DNA from: Mobula hypostoma
Taxonomy: Eukaryota
Assembly (NCBI RefSeq): GCF_963921235.1
Contig: NC_086097.1
Span: forward strand, 232,254,001 to 232,318,000
Reading direction: 5' to 3'
DNA length: 64,000 nucleotides
Position numbers and translations under genes: made by a program
The notes under the pieces: generated by a model
Told to the model about the DNA's origin: nothing
The model's input: only the letters and a program-made list of their open reading frames with translations
Databases searched by the model: none
Shown here: positions 1-12,510 of the stretch, piece by piece
Position numbering within the stretch: the stretch's first letter is position 1
Layout of the letters: each line of letters opens with the position of its first letter

Positions 1-14
1 CCTGGTCGTTTTGG

Positions 15-1000
15 TTACAATATATATTAATGCCTTGGATGAGGGAATTAAATGCAGCATCTCCAAGTTTGCGGATGACACGAAGCTGGGTGGCAGTGTT
101 AGCAGTGAGGAGGATGCTAAGAGGATGCAGGGTGACTTGGATAGGTTGGGTGAGTGGGCAAACTCATGGCAGATGCAATTTAATGTGGATAAATGTGAAG
201 TTATCCACTTTGGTGGCAAAAATAGGAAAACAGATTATTATCTGAATGGTGGCCGATTAGGAAAAGGGGAGGTGCAACGAGACCTGGGTGTCATTATACA
301 CCAGTCATTGAAAGTGGGCATGCAGGTACAGCAGGCGGTGAAAAAGGCGAACGGTATGCTGGCATTTATAGCGAGAGGATTCGAGTACAGGAGCAGGGAG
401 GTACTACTGCAGTTGTACAAGGCCTTGGTGAGACCACACCTGGAGTATTGTGTGCAGTTTTGGTCCCCTAATCTGAGGAAAGACATCCTTGCCATAGAGG
501 GAGTACAAAGAAGGTTCACCAGATTGATTCCTGGGATGGCAGGTCTTTCATATGAAGAAAGACTGGATGAACTGGGCTTGTACTCGTTGGAATTTAGAAG
601 ATTGAGGGGGGATCTGATTGAAACGTATAAGATCCTAAAGGGATTGGACAGGCTAGATGCGGGAAGATTGTTCCCGATGTTGGGGAGGTCTAGAACGAGG
701 GGTCACAGTTTGAGGATAGAGGGGAAGCCTTTTAGGACCGAGGTTAGGAAAAACTTCTTCACACAGAGAGTGGTGAATCTGTGGAATTCTCTGCCACAGC
801 AAACTGTTGAGGCCAGTTCATTAGCTATGTTTAAAAGGAAGTTAGATATGGCCCTTGTGGCTACAGGGGTCAGGGGGTATGGAGGGAAGGCTGGGTTCTG
901 AGTTGGATGATCAGCCATGATCATAATAAATGGCGGTGCAGGCTCGAAGGGCCGAATGGCCTACTCCTGCACCTATTTTCTATGTTTCTATGTTTCTATG
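15..1000 (+). mobile_element. CR1-clade LINE, 5'-truncated (RT C-terminal part + 3' UTR), inserted into Gypsy gag
   Basis: Frame to the stop at 901 has FADDTKL and RPHLEYCVQFW; ends in a (TTTCTATG)n tail at ~975-1000; nearly identical to 62101-63091. Confidence 0.95.
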
Positions 1001-1590
1001 CGTGAAAATTGCCGTACATGGTCAATCTTCTTGATGGACCTCCACTCAGCCTATTCAACGCTTTACAGGAACAAGGATAACCCACAGCCTAGTCGTTCCG
1101 ACACTTCATGGCGGAGTTAAGAAGGATTTTTGCTCTTCCAGTATGGGGTCAGGAGGCTGCCCATCAACTCCTGGACCTGCGCCGTACCCTTGCAGTAGAG
1201 ACGGGATGGAATGAAACATCTCTCATCACTGCCTTCCAGCGTGGACTGAACACAGGGGCCCAGCATGAGATCACTGTCCAGGACGAGCCGGATAGTCTGG
1301 ATGACCTGATTCATCTGGCTATTCGAGATGACGACCAGGTAACTGAGTAGCACAGGGAAAGAATATTTCAAACTTCTTACGCGCCACCTGATCACCGTCT
1401 TTCCTCGCCCTCTTTCCCCTCCTTCATCACCCAGCACCCAGCCCACGGACGAGCCTATGCAAGTGGGGTGCATGTGACTGTCTCAGCAGGAACAAGAGTG
1501 GCGCTGGAGAACAGGTTTCTGCCTCTATTGTGGTGATCCAGGACACTTCCGGGCGGCATGTTCCAAGCATCCAGTAAAAGAGAATACCCG
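1001..1590 (+). pseudogene. gag: Gypsy gag remnant with CCHC zinc knuckle
   Basis: ELRRIFALPVWGQEAAHQLLDLR capsid-like segment; EPMQVG; CLYCGDPGHFRAAC at 1520-1561; in-frame stops. Confidence 0.85.
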
Positions 1591-1599
1591 TCAGCAGGG

Positions 1600-4500
1600 A
1601 GGGGAATCCTGACAGGTCGGTTCTCTCTTCAGTCAGCTTCCTCTAATTCTGTAATGCTCGCAACTTCCTTCTCGTGGAGGTCTCAGACCCATGAACTTAA
1701 GGCGCATATTGTCTCCGGTACAGCCGGGAATCTTATGGACATCTCTCTCACTCAAAGATGCGGAGTTCCAACTCAGGAATTAAGAGAATCAATCAATGTC
1801 AAGGCACTGGACGGTCAACCTCTGGGTACTGACCAGATCCACCTTTCCACCCAACCCTTCCAACTGGTGTTCAAAGGCAACCATCGTGAAGAAGTATCTT
1901 TCTATCTGTTTAATTCACCTGAACTACCACTGGTACTTGGTCTCCCCTGGTTATCCCCACATAACCCATGGATCGATTGGTCTCTGAAGGTACTCCAAGA
2001 ATGGGGACTGGCATGCCCCTCTACCTGTCTGGGTCCAGCTCAAACTCCATTCCATGAATCCCCTCCTGTGTCTGCTAAGGATGTGGACCTGACTGGGATT
2101 CTGGCTGAATATGCGGATCTCCTTGAGGTTTTCAGTAGAAGAAAGGCCACCACCCTGCCCCCACACTGGCCATACCACTGTGCCATAGACCTCCTACCTG
2201 GCACTAATCCTCCCCAGGGCCGGCTCTTTTCCCTCTCTCATCCTGAAATGGTGGCCATGGGGGAATACATCAAGGAGGCATTGGGCATGGGGTTTATCCG
2301 TCCGTCAACCTTGCCGGCAGGAGCGGGCTTCTTTTTTGTGAACAAGGATGATGGCAAGCTCCATCCCTGCATTGATTATCAGCCCCTGAAGAACATCACT
2401 GTGAAGAACAGCGACCCTCTTCCCTTGCTGGCGTCTGTGTTTGAACATCTCCAGGGTGCAACCGTATTTTCCAAAATTGATCTGCGCAATGCTTACAATC
2501 TGATTCGCATAAGAGAAGTGGATGAGTGGAAAATGGCTTTCAACATCTCTAATGGCCACTAAGAGTACCTGGTGATGCCTTTTGGTCTGGCCAACACCCC
2601 CACTGTATTCCAGGCCTTGGTTAACGAGGTGCTCAGGAACACATTGAACCAGTTTGTGTTTGTGTATTTAGATGACCATCTTATCTATTCCCAATCTTAT
2701 CAGGAGCACATCCAGCATGTCCGGAGAGTACTCAGACGCCTTCTTGAAAATAATCTGTATGCCAAGCCTGAAAAATGTGAATTCCATAAAGATCAGGTGT
2801 CGTTTTTGGGCTATATACTTACCCCATCCAGTGTTCAAATGGACCCTAGTAAAGTTCAGGCAGTTACAGAGTGGCCCAAGTCATCTACAGTCAAACAGAT
2901 ACGGTGCTTCATGGGGTTTGCGAACTTTTATCACTGCTTCATCCGAAATTTCGGCTCTTTTACGGCTCCAATTAATGCACTCGCCAAGAAGACCTCAGCA
3001 GGATTCCATTGGACAGACAATGCCGACCAAGCATTTTCGGAGCTATAGCGACGTTTCACCGCTGCCCCACTGCTGCAACACCCAGACCCATCTCAGCCAT
3101 TCATTGTCGAGGTGGATGCATCCGACGTAGGCATTGGAGCTGTCCTCTCTCAGCGCCCGTCTGCAGATAGCCGGTTGCACCCTTGTGCCTTTCTTTCCCG
3201 TCGCTTGATTCCGGTCGAGAGGAATTACGACGTTGGGAACCAGGAGCTTCTGGCTGTCAAGGAGGCCCTTGAGGAATGGCGACACTGGCTGGAGGGGGCA
3301 GAGCATCTATTGGTCTGGACAGATCACAAGAACCTCTGCTATATTCAGGATGCTAAGAGACTCAACTCTTGTCAAGCTCGGTGGGCTCTCTTCTTCACAC
3401 GGTTCAATTTCGTCCTCGCTTATCGTCCCGGCTCTCTCAACAGCCGATGCTCTCTCCCAGCAGTTCGACGGATCTGAGGACAATACCAATCCAGAGCCCA
3501 TTCTTCCTCGCTCGTGTATCGCTGCTCCGGTGATCTGGGGAATAGAGGCAGAGGTGAGGGCTGCCCAACAATCAGATCCAGGCCTGGCCGGGGGGCCTCC
3601 CAACTGGTTGTTTGTCGCTGCTGCAGGGCATTCCAAAGTGTTGGAATGGGGTCACTCCTCTCGTCTGGCTGGACATCCTGGAATTTAATGGACTGAGGAG
3701 TTTATAAAGAGACAATTCTAGTGGCAGATTAGTGACCTATGTCCCAGGATGTCCACAACTTTGTATCTGCCTGTCCCACCTGCACTCAGAACAAGACATC
3801 ACGCCAGCGTCCTGTGGGTCTGTTATGGCCACTGCCTGTGCCCCACCGCCCCTGGTCCCACCTCTCAGTAGATTTCATCACTGGTCTGCCCCTGTCTAAT
3901 GGAAACACCACCACTTTGGTTGTTGTGGATCGATTTTCCAAGGCTGCTCTCTTCATTGCTCTGCCCAAGCTCCCATCGGCTCGTGAGACTGCCACACTGA
4001 TGGTTCAACATGTGTTCAGACTCCACGTCTTTCCTCAAGACATCGTGTCTGATCGTGGACCACAGTTCACTTCCCGCTTTTGGAAGGCTTTCTGCTGTCT
4101 TGTAGAAGCCACGGCCAGCCTCTCGTCTGGCTTCCACCCCCAACCTGATGGCCAGACTAAGAGAGTGAACCAGGAGTTGGAGACAACCCTGCACTGTCTT
4201 GCCCCATGTCCCGGAGCTCCCAATTGGTTTGGTCAGAGATCGCCCACTGTAACCTCCAGTCATCCTCCACAGGCATGTCTCCTTTTGAATGTCAGAAGGG
4301 ATTCCAGCCCCCGCTCTACCCTGATCAGGAGATCGACGTAGGAGTTCCTGCTGCTGAACAGCTGATCCAAAGCTACAACTGCACCTGGAGACGAGCCAGG
4401 GCTTCTGTACCGCGCGCTTAGAAACAGCATTCCCGGCGGGCTGATCGGCTCCATCGACAGGTAAGGCCATTCAAGCCGGGAAAGGAGGTCCGGTTGGCAT

Positions 4501-4870
4501 CAAGGGATCTTCCCCTGAGAGTCGAGAACTGAAAATTGGCACTGTGCTACGTGGGACCATTGTGGAAAAGGGTGTCAACAAGGTGTCCTGTAGATTGTGT
4601 CTACCAGCCGGCTTGAGCTGTTTCCCAGCTCAAGTCGGTTACGACCTCTCCCCTGGCCCCAGTCACCCCACCCGCCCCTCCTCCCCACCTGGTAGATGGT
4701 TACCTTGTCTATACTGTTTGGCACCTCCTGGTATCTTGCCAGGTACGTGGTAAGGTCCAGTACCTTGTGGACTGGGAGGGGTATGGCTCGGAAGAACGTA
4801 CTTGGATCCCGGTGTAGGACATCTCAGACAAGTTGCTGATCCGGGACTTCCAGTGGACACAGGTCCGTGG
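1600..4870 (+). pseudogene. pol: Gypsy pol (protease, RT, RNase H, integrase, chromodomain), disrupted
   Basis: Degenerate protease IVSG at 1711 (D->V); RT YLDD; RNase [12 protein letters not shown]; integrase H-H-C-C, SVDF, SDRG; chromodomain [16 protein letters not shown] at ~4755-4810; stops at 2560, 3046, 3686 and frameshifts. Confidence 0.92.
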
Positions 4871-4889
4871 CGCCTCAGGGGCTGCATCT

Positions 4890-4900
4890 AGAGAGGAGAG
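4890..4900 (+). other. Polypurine tract of the Gypsy element
   Basis: AGAGAGGAGAG just upstream of the LTR start TGTCACA. Confidence 0.8.
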
Positions 4901-4903
4901 CCC

Positions 4904-5330
4904 TGTCACAACCACGGATTCGGCAGCGCAGTAGATAAAGCAATTGCGCTTGTGAATTTGCACGTGTCAGCTAATTATTATTTAATCCTGATAGTATTTA
5001 ACTCCATACTTGTCGCCGTAGTGCTTGTCGAGACTTGGACAGAGCACAGCAACGCTTCGCTGCCTGTTTGCTTTCAGCCTTCCCTGAGAGATTGGACTTT
5101 TGAGTCAACTGACTTTGAAGACTAGCGGTATTCGCTTAATGTTTAGATTTTATTTTCAGCCGCAGTATAGGTTTCATTTCCCATTTGAGAGTTTTAGTTA
5201 ACGGCCCTATTTTGGCCTAGCGTTTATTGTTTGTTTACTTTAACACTGTTCACAATAAAGTTTTGTGAACTATCGACCTGCTTCAGTGTCTTTTACTCCG
5301 CACTTGGGCCATATCCGAATCTGAATAACA
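4904..5330 (+). repeat. 3' LTR (~427 bp)
   Basis: TGTCACA...AATAACA termini, AATAAA at 5254-5259, follows the polypurine tract. Confidence 0.82.
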
Positions 5331-5432
5331 CTTTTGGGTTTTTTTGTTTTGTGTCTGCCTGTTAGGAGACGAATCTCAAGGTCGTATAATGTATACATAC
5401 TCTGATAATAAAGAACTTTGAACTTTGAACTT
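5331..5432 (+). repeat. Rex1/Babar-type LINE 3' UTR tail (host of the Gypsy insertion)
   Basis: AATAAA followed by (AACTTTG)n; the same tail recurs at ~8380(-), 10880(-), 12480, 22580, 45095 and 58235. Confidence 0.65.
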
Positions 5433-6284
5433 AGACCCAGCCTAAATTTGGTGCCTGCAGGGTCTGAGCTGCCTATGGACGTATAATGGCATCCAAGTAC
5501 GCATCTGTACCCTGAGTTCACCTCTGTACACTTGGCTGAGTGGTGCCCCTCCTTAATTGTACATTTCTTCAATCAGATGTCACCCTGAACAGCATGACCA
5601 ATCTTGACCACCAAGAAACAAAATGGTTTTGAGATAATGAATACTGTGCAGAGAACAGCTATGGTATAGATCCCATTGTCAGGGGCCTGAGATACAAGGA
5701 AGCTATGCAGATGTTCAACCATTTCTCTGTAAAAAGCCTCTGAGAGACATTCTTACATAAATGTTTTGGAGCATTTTAACCTACAATATTAATTTGCGAG
5801 GAATTCTTGAGCAGACAGCAAAAATTCTTGAATCTTGAAAAATATTTGTGTGGGATGATTGAAGAGAGGAGGGTGTGTGAAGTTTTCTGGTTCATGGCTC
5901 CAAAGTCTTTTTTCAAGATTTTGGCACTTTGTGAAAATGAAAATTTATTTATTTAAAGAAGAAAATAAACTGTAGCTTTTACTAATCTTTGATGTGACGT
6001 GTCAATGCTATTTTTTCATCTTCTTAATATGGACAAAAATAAACATGACATTAATTAATCCACATACTTTGAAAATTGATGGCATTTTTTCAGATTTATT
6101 TTTGACTGTTTGAAATTTGAAATCTTTTGATCAGGATCTACACTTCCAAAATTGGATTGAAAATATATCTATAGGTTACAGTGGAAGTCTCCCAGCTAAT
6201 CAGAAAATGTGTATGAATACAGAATTTTTTTAAATTAAATTTGTTTCTGTAGTAAGCAGTTTAACTTTGATGTCAGTATACCAT

Positions 6285-6779
6285 GAGGTTAAACTCCAGA
6301 GGTAAGCTAAATACCAGAGGTGAGTTGTGAGTGATAGCTCTTGACATCAAGGCAGCATTTGACCATCAAGGTGCCCTAGCTAAAATGGAGTCAATGGGAA
6401 TTAGGGGGAAAACCTTCCAGTGGTTGGAATCATACCTGACACAAAGGAAGATGGTTGTGTGGTTGGAGGTCAATCATCTCATCATCAGGACATCACTGCA
6501 GGAGTTCCTCAGGGAAGTGTCCTAGGACCAACCATCTTCAGCTGCTTCATCAATGACCTTCCTTCCGTCATAAGGTTGGAAGTGGGTCCTTCATTGTCAC
6601 TGGGTCCAAATCATGGAATTCCCTCCCTAACAGCACTGTGGGTGTACCTACACCTCAGGGACTGCTGTGGTCCAAGAAGGCAGCTCATCACCACCTTCTC
6701 AAGGGCAACTAGGGATGGGCAATAATGATGGCTTAGTTGGCGATGCCCACATCCCGTAAATGAATAAATAAATAAAAAA
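6285..6779 (+). mobile_element. CR1/L2-group LINE fragment with internal deletion
   Basis: ALDIKAAFD and GVPQGSVLGPTIFSCFINDL, then a jump to a 3' UTR ending AATAAATAAATAAAAA. Confidence 0.75.
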
Positions 6780-6780
6780 C

Positions 6781-6898
6781 GTACAGTCGATGTTTCAGAC
6801 CAAGACCCTTTGGCAGTCCTGCAGAAGGGTCTCGGCCCGAAACTTTTTCCATAGATGCTGCCCGCCCTACTGAGGTCCCCCAGCATTTGTGTATGTTG
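6781..6898. repeat. Penelope terminal fragment, fold-back pair of degenerate hammerhead motifs
   Basis: TTTCAGACCAAGACCCTTTGGCAG-TC-CTGCAGAAGGGTCTCGGCCCGAAA inverted repeat, then the GATGCTGCC...CAGCATTT terminus. Confidence 0.75.
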
Positions 6899-6904
6899 AT
6901 AAGA

Positions 6905-7175
6905 TCGAACTAGCTAGATAGACAGAAAATTATTTCCACAGGTAGGTGAGATTGAACTAGTGGACATAGTCTCAAGATTCAGGGGAATAGATTTTGGAAC
7001 TGCTTTTCACAAAAATCTTTCACTTTTCTCAGTGAATCTGAGGACTCCTCTGCCCAGGGAAACAGTACAGGATACCTCAGTAAGCATATTTAAAATTCAA
7101 ATAAATTTTTGGGGAATTCAGGGTTATAGGGGAAAAGTAGGAAAATGGAGCTGAGTCCAAAGCCAGATCAGCCAG
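6905..7175 (+). repeat. Old CR1 3' remnant
   Basis: Degenerate ACTAGTGGACATAGTCTCAAG...GATCAGCCA segment like CR1 3' ends elsewhere in the window. Confidence 0.6.
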
Positions 7176-7184
7176 AACTTGCTA

Positions 7185-7338
7185 ATCCTAACGGTTTTGG
7201 AATGTGGGAGAAAACCAGGGCATCCATGTGTTCATGAGGAGAAAGTACAAACTCCTAACAGGGAGCAGCAGGATCTGAACCCCGATCGGTGATCACAAGC
7301 ACTTTGAAGCAATGCACCAACCGCTACACAACTGTGCC
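7185..7338 (-). mobile_element. tRNA-derived SINE (5' portion)
   Basis: Minus strand GGCACAGTTGTGTAGCGGTTGG (A box) and GGGTTCAGATCC (B box); similar to 8832, 18314 and 50600. Confidence 0.65.
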
Positions 7339-7929
7339 CATTCGCTGGTTTCCTTGGGCTGCATAAGTCGAGGGAATTCACACTCCAGTCTCACCGAACC
7401 CTGAGACTGAGACGGCTCTCTCACCCCAAATGCCGGTTTGTGTGGATACTGTGTACAACCTGTTACAACTTGGTGCCAAGACATAACAGACAGCACACTG
7501 CATATGATTAAAGGAAGTATATTTATGAATCTTAACTTAATTGAAGAGTTAGTAAAGAAAAGAAAGAAAAAAGAACAAAAAGGGCCCATAATAATTAAAC
7601 AGTCAAATATGCACGAGGTGGAGCTCAATTCTTCCAAAAGTTATATTCACCAAACCTCAGTAGACTCTGGCACCCTGCTCCATCGAATCATGGTCCCCCA
7701 CCGGGTCGAATACTACGACTAGTTCTGTCCAGTGTCTTCTCCCTCATTTCCCGCCAAACAAACCACCCCAGCTCACACCACTGTCTGGCGCACAACACTA
7801 AAACCCGCTCCCCTGATTGGATGGCTCACATTCCAAAGCACCCGTTATCTCTAACCATTGGTCTAACCAAACACTGCTTCTACAGAAAGACCATTTTGTT
7901 AGCAGTGAAACCTTTCCCAGGGTGTTACA
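7333..7929 (-). repeat. Probable solo LTR
   Basis: Minus strand begins TGTAACACCCTGGG; no coding remnants; left boundary and TSD (CAAC/CAAG) uncertain. Confidence 0.5.
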
Positions 7930-8831
7930 CAAGTAATCCTCTTTATTGGAAATACAAAAAAGCCCCTTAAATCATTATCATTGTCGACTGTTCAACAGTT
8001 GGTAGTCTACTTGTTTCTCTGTCAGAAGGTTGTTAGTTCAAGTCTTACTTCAAAGACAAGAGCATAAAGTTCCAGAATTATACTCCTAAACAGAGACCAG
8101 CTAGGCTGGGGTTGTTCTCTTTGTAGCTAAGCAGGGATTGGTATTAAATAATAAGAGGCCTTGACCGAGAAAACAGGAAGAACATATTTCTCTTGGCAGT
8201 AGGGTCTCAAATTTAAGTTAACTATGGAAGGATTAGAGGAGAGTAGAGGCACATGTTTTACACCCATAGAGTAATCAAATGGTGTCCAGAGGTCACTTTA
8301 TGAAAGGCAGAATGTATTACAGACTGGTACTGTAAAGTCGCCTAAATAACTCCATTATTGGCCAGCTTAGGCATCGTGGACAAAGTTCAAATTTCAAAGT
8401 AAATTTATCAACAAATTTATTTTCTTGTGGGCATTCACAGTGGAGTAAAGAAATGCAATATAATCAAGTAAAATCTCCATAACAACGACAGCCAAACAAA
8501 CAGTGTGCAAAGTGCAATTTGCTGTGCTGCACGTGTTTGTGGTACCTCACTCCAGTGCAAAACTGAGGGAGCACTGCATTGCTGGAGACCATTTGGGTAA
8601 AATACTGAACCAAGGCCCCATGCACTCTCTGAAATGAGCACAAGAGATTCAACAGCTGCTTTGGAAAAAAAAACAATGCATGTTCTCATGTGCAATACGT
8701 ATTCTTAACCCAAAATCATTGCAACACCCTGCGGAGTATTGCCACCTGCATTGGTGGTTCAGTGGGAGAATTCTCACCAGCTGTGCAGGAGGTCTGCATC
8801 TGATTCCCGGCTAATGCAGTCATATGCGTGG

Positions 8832-9095
8832 TGGGGCACAGCAGTGGAGTGGTTATCCAAATGCTTTATAGAGCCAGCTGTAAATCGAGGTTCAGTTCCT
8901 GCTGCTGTCAGTAAGGAGCTTGTATGTTCACCTTGTGAGGGCACGGGCTTCCAAAGACATACAAGATAGTTGTGGGGCCTATATGACGGCATCAGAAGCA
9001 TGGTAGCATTCGTGGGCTGCCCCCAGCATATCCTCGACGCAAACGATGCATTTCACTGCACTTTTCAATGTAAATGATAAATAAAGCTAACCTTT
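8832..9095 (+). mobile_element. tRNA-derived SINE
   Basis: GGGGCACAGCAGTGGAGTGGTTA...GGTTCAGTTCC head; AAATAAAGCTAA tail. Confidence 0.65.
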
Positions 9096-9952
9096 TCTCT
9101 ATCTTTATGTGTGTTTCTGGAGCCTTGTTTAGTGCAAGTTGAAGTGTTCCTAAATTTTAAAGATTACTTAATGGACTTTTTGCGATGAGCTGAGTTATAA
9201 AGGCCATCATATAAATTGGAAACCTGAATTGGAACTTTGAGGGTCTTTTTAATACTTCTTGTTGGGAAAAGCAGAAGCCCGAATACACCACCCTCCACTC
9301 CCCCCCCCCAAACAAAAAGGGCATTTCAGTCTTTCAGTCCAGGAGTGCTTCTTTCCTTAGTTACCAGCAGATGTGACATGGCCATGCTAAAAACTGAAGA
9401 TAATCAGTCAATTGGAGTGATTATATATTGGTGACAGGTCAGGAAATCCTGATTGCAAATCAGATATGTCATTCCTTCTGGAAGTGCTTCACCTACGTTT
9501 ACATTCCTGGTTCACAACAAGAATTCAGCTTGCTCACAGCCAGAAGTCCAATATTTATAAGTCGCCCAGCATTAATTATTTTGCACTTTCTTGTTTACTG
9601 CTTAGTGAAAAACATTGTCTCAGAATTTCTAAATACTTTATCAAACTTGTTCAGACCTAAGCCTCCCATCTTAAATCAATAGAGATTTCATGTGACTTAT
9701 TTCGAAAACAATAGGTAACTACAATCTGATGGCTATCCAATGGAAATGTCTCAGGCTGTATATTTTTCAAACATTTTTCCTTTTATCTTGACTGTGTGAA
9801 GTATAACAAAGGCATAGTCATCTGGTTTACACTTCAGGTACCTTGATGAAACATTTTCAACTGGAAGAGGTCTGAACACCAGACATTAAATCAAATATTT
9901 GCAATTTTTTGAAAAAGTCCTTTGATTAAAGCGTTTTGTGCATGGCTCTGAG

Positions 9953-10468
9953 TACAATACCATGCAAAAGTCTTGGCACATCTCTATAGCAAGATAGCTA
10001 AGATATTTGCAGACTTCTGTATTTGTCAGAGTGAAGCAGTTTGTAAATCTGACGGGAGCAAAGGGTGCTGGGAGTGGTGAGGGTGGAGCATTGCGGGAGG
10101 GATGTGGGCCTGGTGATAGGAGAGTGCCAGGGCAGGGCGTGGCACAGGTGCAAACATACCAAGCCCTGAGACACCAGGCAAGGTCATTTGATTTCAAACA
10201 ATTGGTTGATTGATCATTACAGAATGTCTCTCTGGTGCTTCCCAGTTCCTCCCCTCTCCCTGCTCTCTTCCCACTCCCAGTTCCCAACAGAGACCAGTAT
10301 CAAAATCAGGCTTATCATTACTCACATATGTCCAGATATTTTTTACAGCAGCAGTACAGTACAATACATAAAATTACTACAGTACTGTGCAAAAGTCATA
10401 GGCACCCTAGCTATATATATGAAGCTATATCTAGCTACATATATATAAGACTTTTGCACAGCACTGTA
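9953..10468 (-). mobile_element. Composite non-autonomous element flanked by mini Tc1/mariner-type MITEs
   Basis: TA-CAGTACTGTGCAAAAGTC...GACTTTTGCACAGCACTG-TA at 10378-10468, a degenerate copy at ~9953-10021, and a core that is the reverse complement of 20815-21172. Confidence 0.7.
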
Positions 10469-10879
10469 GAAAAATGTTAACGAGATAGTTTACAGAATAA
10501 TCTTCATAGCTGATAAACTTTTGAAGCTCTGTGTTAGTAGTGTTGCAGTGCCGCCTGGTGGAATCCAGTTGTATAAATTGATTTCCAAATACTACTTGCT
10601 CAGTCAGCACTGTACAGTCAAAAACTGAACATTTACTGAGAATTGGATCACAACTGCAAGTTGTTTTCAATGTGATATGAAATCAATTTTCCATGGAATT
10701 AGTGATTATTTTGGGGAGAAAGCTTGGCGGTTGAGAAACTGTACTTTGCCCTTCTGGCAAAGATCCACATCAGTGAGTTTGAACTTGTCCCAGTAGCAGA
10801 TGCATATCTAACGATGGAGATAATCAAACTACACTGTTTCTATCCCTACAAACCCCAACTTCAGCACAAAGCTCCAGAA

Positions 10880-11612
10880 AGACAAAGTTCAAAGTAAATT
10901 TATTATCGAAGTACATTATGCCGCTATATAAAGCCCTGAGATTCATTTTCTTGTGGGCATATTCAATAAACCTAAAGAATAATAACCATAACAGAATCAA
11001 TGAAAGACCACCCAACTAGGGCATTCAACCAGAGTGCAGAAGCCAACGAACTGCGCAAAGAGAAAAAGAAGAAATAATAATAATAATGATGAATAAATAA
11101 GCAATAAATGTCAAGAACATGAGATGAAGAGTCATTGAAAGTAAGTCCATATGTTGTGGGAACATTTCAGTGATGGCGCAAGTGAAGTTGCATGAAGTTA
11201 ACTCCTTTGGTTCAAGAGCCTGATACTTGAGAGGTAGTAATTGTACCTGGACCTGGCAGCATGAGTACCTTCTTCCTGATGACAGGAGCGAGAAGAATGG
11301 TGCTGGGTGGTGGGGGTCTCTGGTGATGGGAGCTGCTCTTCAGTGATAGCGTTTCATGTAGTGGTGCTCAGCGGCGGGGAGGGCTTTACCCGTGATGGTC
11401 TGGGCAGTACCCACTACTTTTTGCAGGTTTTCCCATTAAAAGGCATTGGTGTTTCCATACCAGGCTGTGATGCAGCCAGTCAATATACCCTCCACAGCTA
11501 TAGAAGTTTGTCAAAGTTTTAGATGTCAAGCCAACTCTCCGCAAACTGCTAAGGGAGTAGAGGTGGTGACGTGCTTTCTTCGTGATTGCACATGCGTGCT
11601 GGGCCCAGCCCA
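10880..11612 (-). mobile_element. Rex1/Babar-type LINE 3' fragment
   Basis: Minus-strand ITKKARHHLYSLSSLRR and the (AACTTTG)n tail. Confidence 0.75.
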
Positions 11613-11844
11613 TTGATTGTCATTGGAATAACAAGTGCAATGTGTGCTGTTCTTCATTTAGTCACAGTTGGGAGCAGTCTACAGGCCCCAACATCTGACT
11701 CACAATAGGAGGCTGGAGCATAAATGGGGAAAAATTAAAGCACGTTTGAAGGGGATTTCGGTTGTCATGGGGGAATTTTAAGACTAACTGAAAAAAATCA
11801 GTCTGGTAAAATTATTGTGGAAGAACAATTTGTGGTGTGTGTCA

Positions 11845-12510
11845 GAGACTCCAGAAAGTGGTGGATACAACTCGGTCTATCTCAGGCAAAGCCCTCCCTA
11901 TGAAATAAAGCTAGATTAGCTTTATTTGTCACATGTACATTGAAATATTGCAACATACAGTGAAATGCGTCATTTTGTGTTAATGACCAACACAGTCTCT
12001 GAGTTGGGAGAGGAGGGTGGGTGGGAGCTTGTACTTTCCACGCAACATCGTATGCTCAAAACTCATGCCCACTGAGCACGTCCGCATGGGGCACTGCCAC
12101 AAGAAAGCAGCATCCAGCATCAAAGACCCCACCATCTAGGGAGGGAGGTAAAGAAGTGTGAAGTCCCATATCACCGGGTTCAAGAACAATTATTACTCCA
12201 CAACCACAAGGCTCCTGAACCAGATTGGATAACTTCACCCACCACTCCTCTGAACTGATTACACAACCTTCGGGACTATTTACAAATCATGTTTTCAATA
12301 TTTTATTATTTATACAATCTGTCTTTTTTTTGCACTTTGGTTGCTTGCCAGTTTTTGTTTATGTATAGATTTTTAAAATCATAAATTCTATTTTATTTTT
12401 TTATTTTCCTGTAACTACCTGCAAGGTAACGAATCTCAAGGTGGTGTATGGTAACATGTATGTACAAACGTACATTGATAATAAATTTTACTTTGAGTTT
12501 TTAACTTTGA
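11845..12510 (+). mobile_element. Rex1/Babar-type LINE 3' fragment interrupted by a SINE tail (~11905-12070, minus)
   Basis: AAAGCAGCATCCAGCATCAAAGACCCCCACCAT segment; AATAAATTTTACTTTGAG tail. Confidence 0.6.

Larger units (their letters stand above)
1..5330 (+). mobile_element. Ty3/Gypsy LTR retrotransposon of the chromovirus (Sushi-like) type, defective; 5' LTR lies outside the window
   Basis: Domain order gag-PR-RT-RNaseH-IN-chromodomain, followed by a polypurine tract and a TG...CA LTR. Confidence 0.93.

Noticed and set aside
1558..4341. Domesticated PEG10/RTL1-like gene
   Set aside because: Multiple stops, frameshifts, a mutated protease aspartate and a retained LTR indicate a decayed element
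6068..6168. Minus-strand exon candidate IYFQSNFGSVDPDQKISNFKQSKINLKKCHQFS with GTATGT donor
   Set aside because: Weak acceptor, very AT-rich, and its phase does not match the 18752 candidate; not supportable without data
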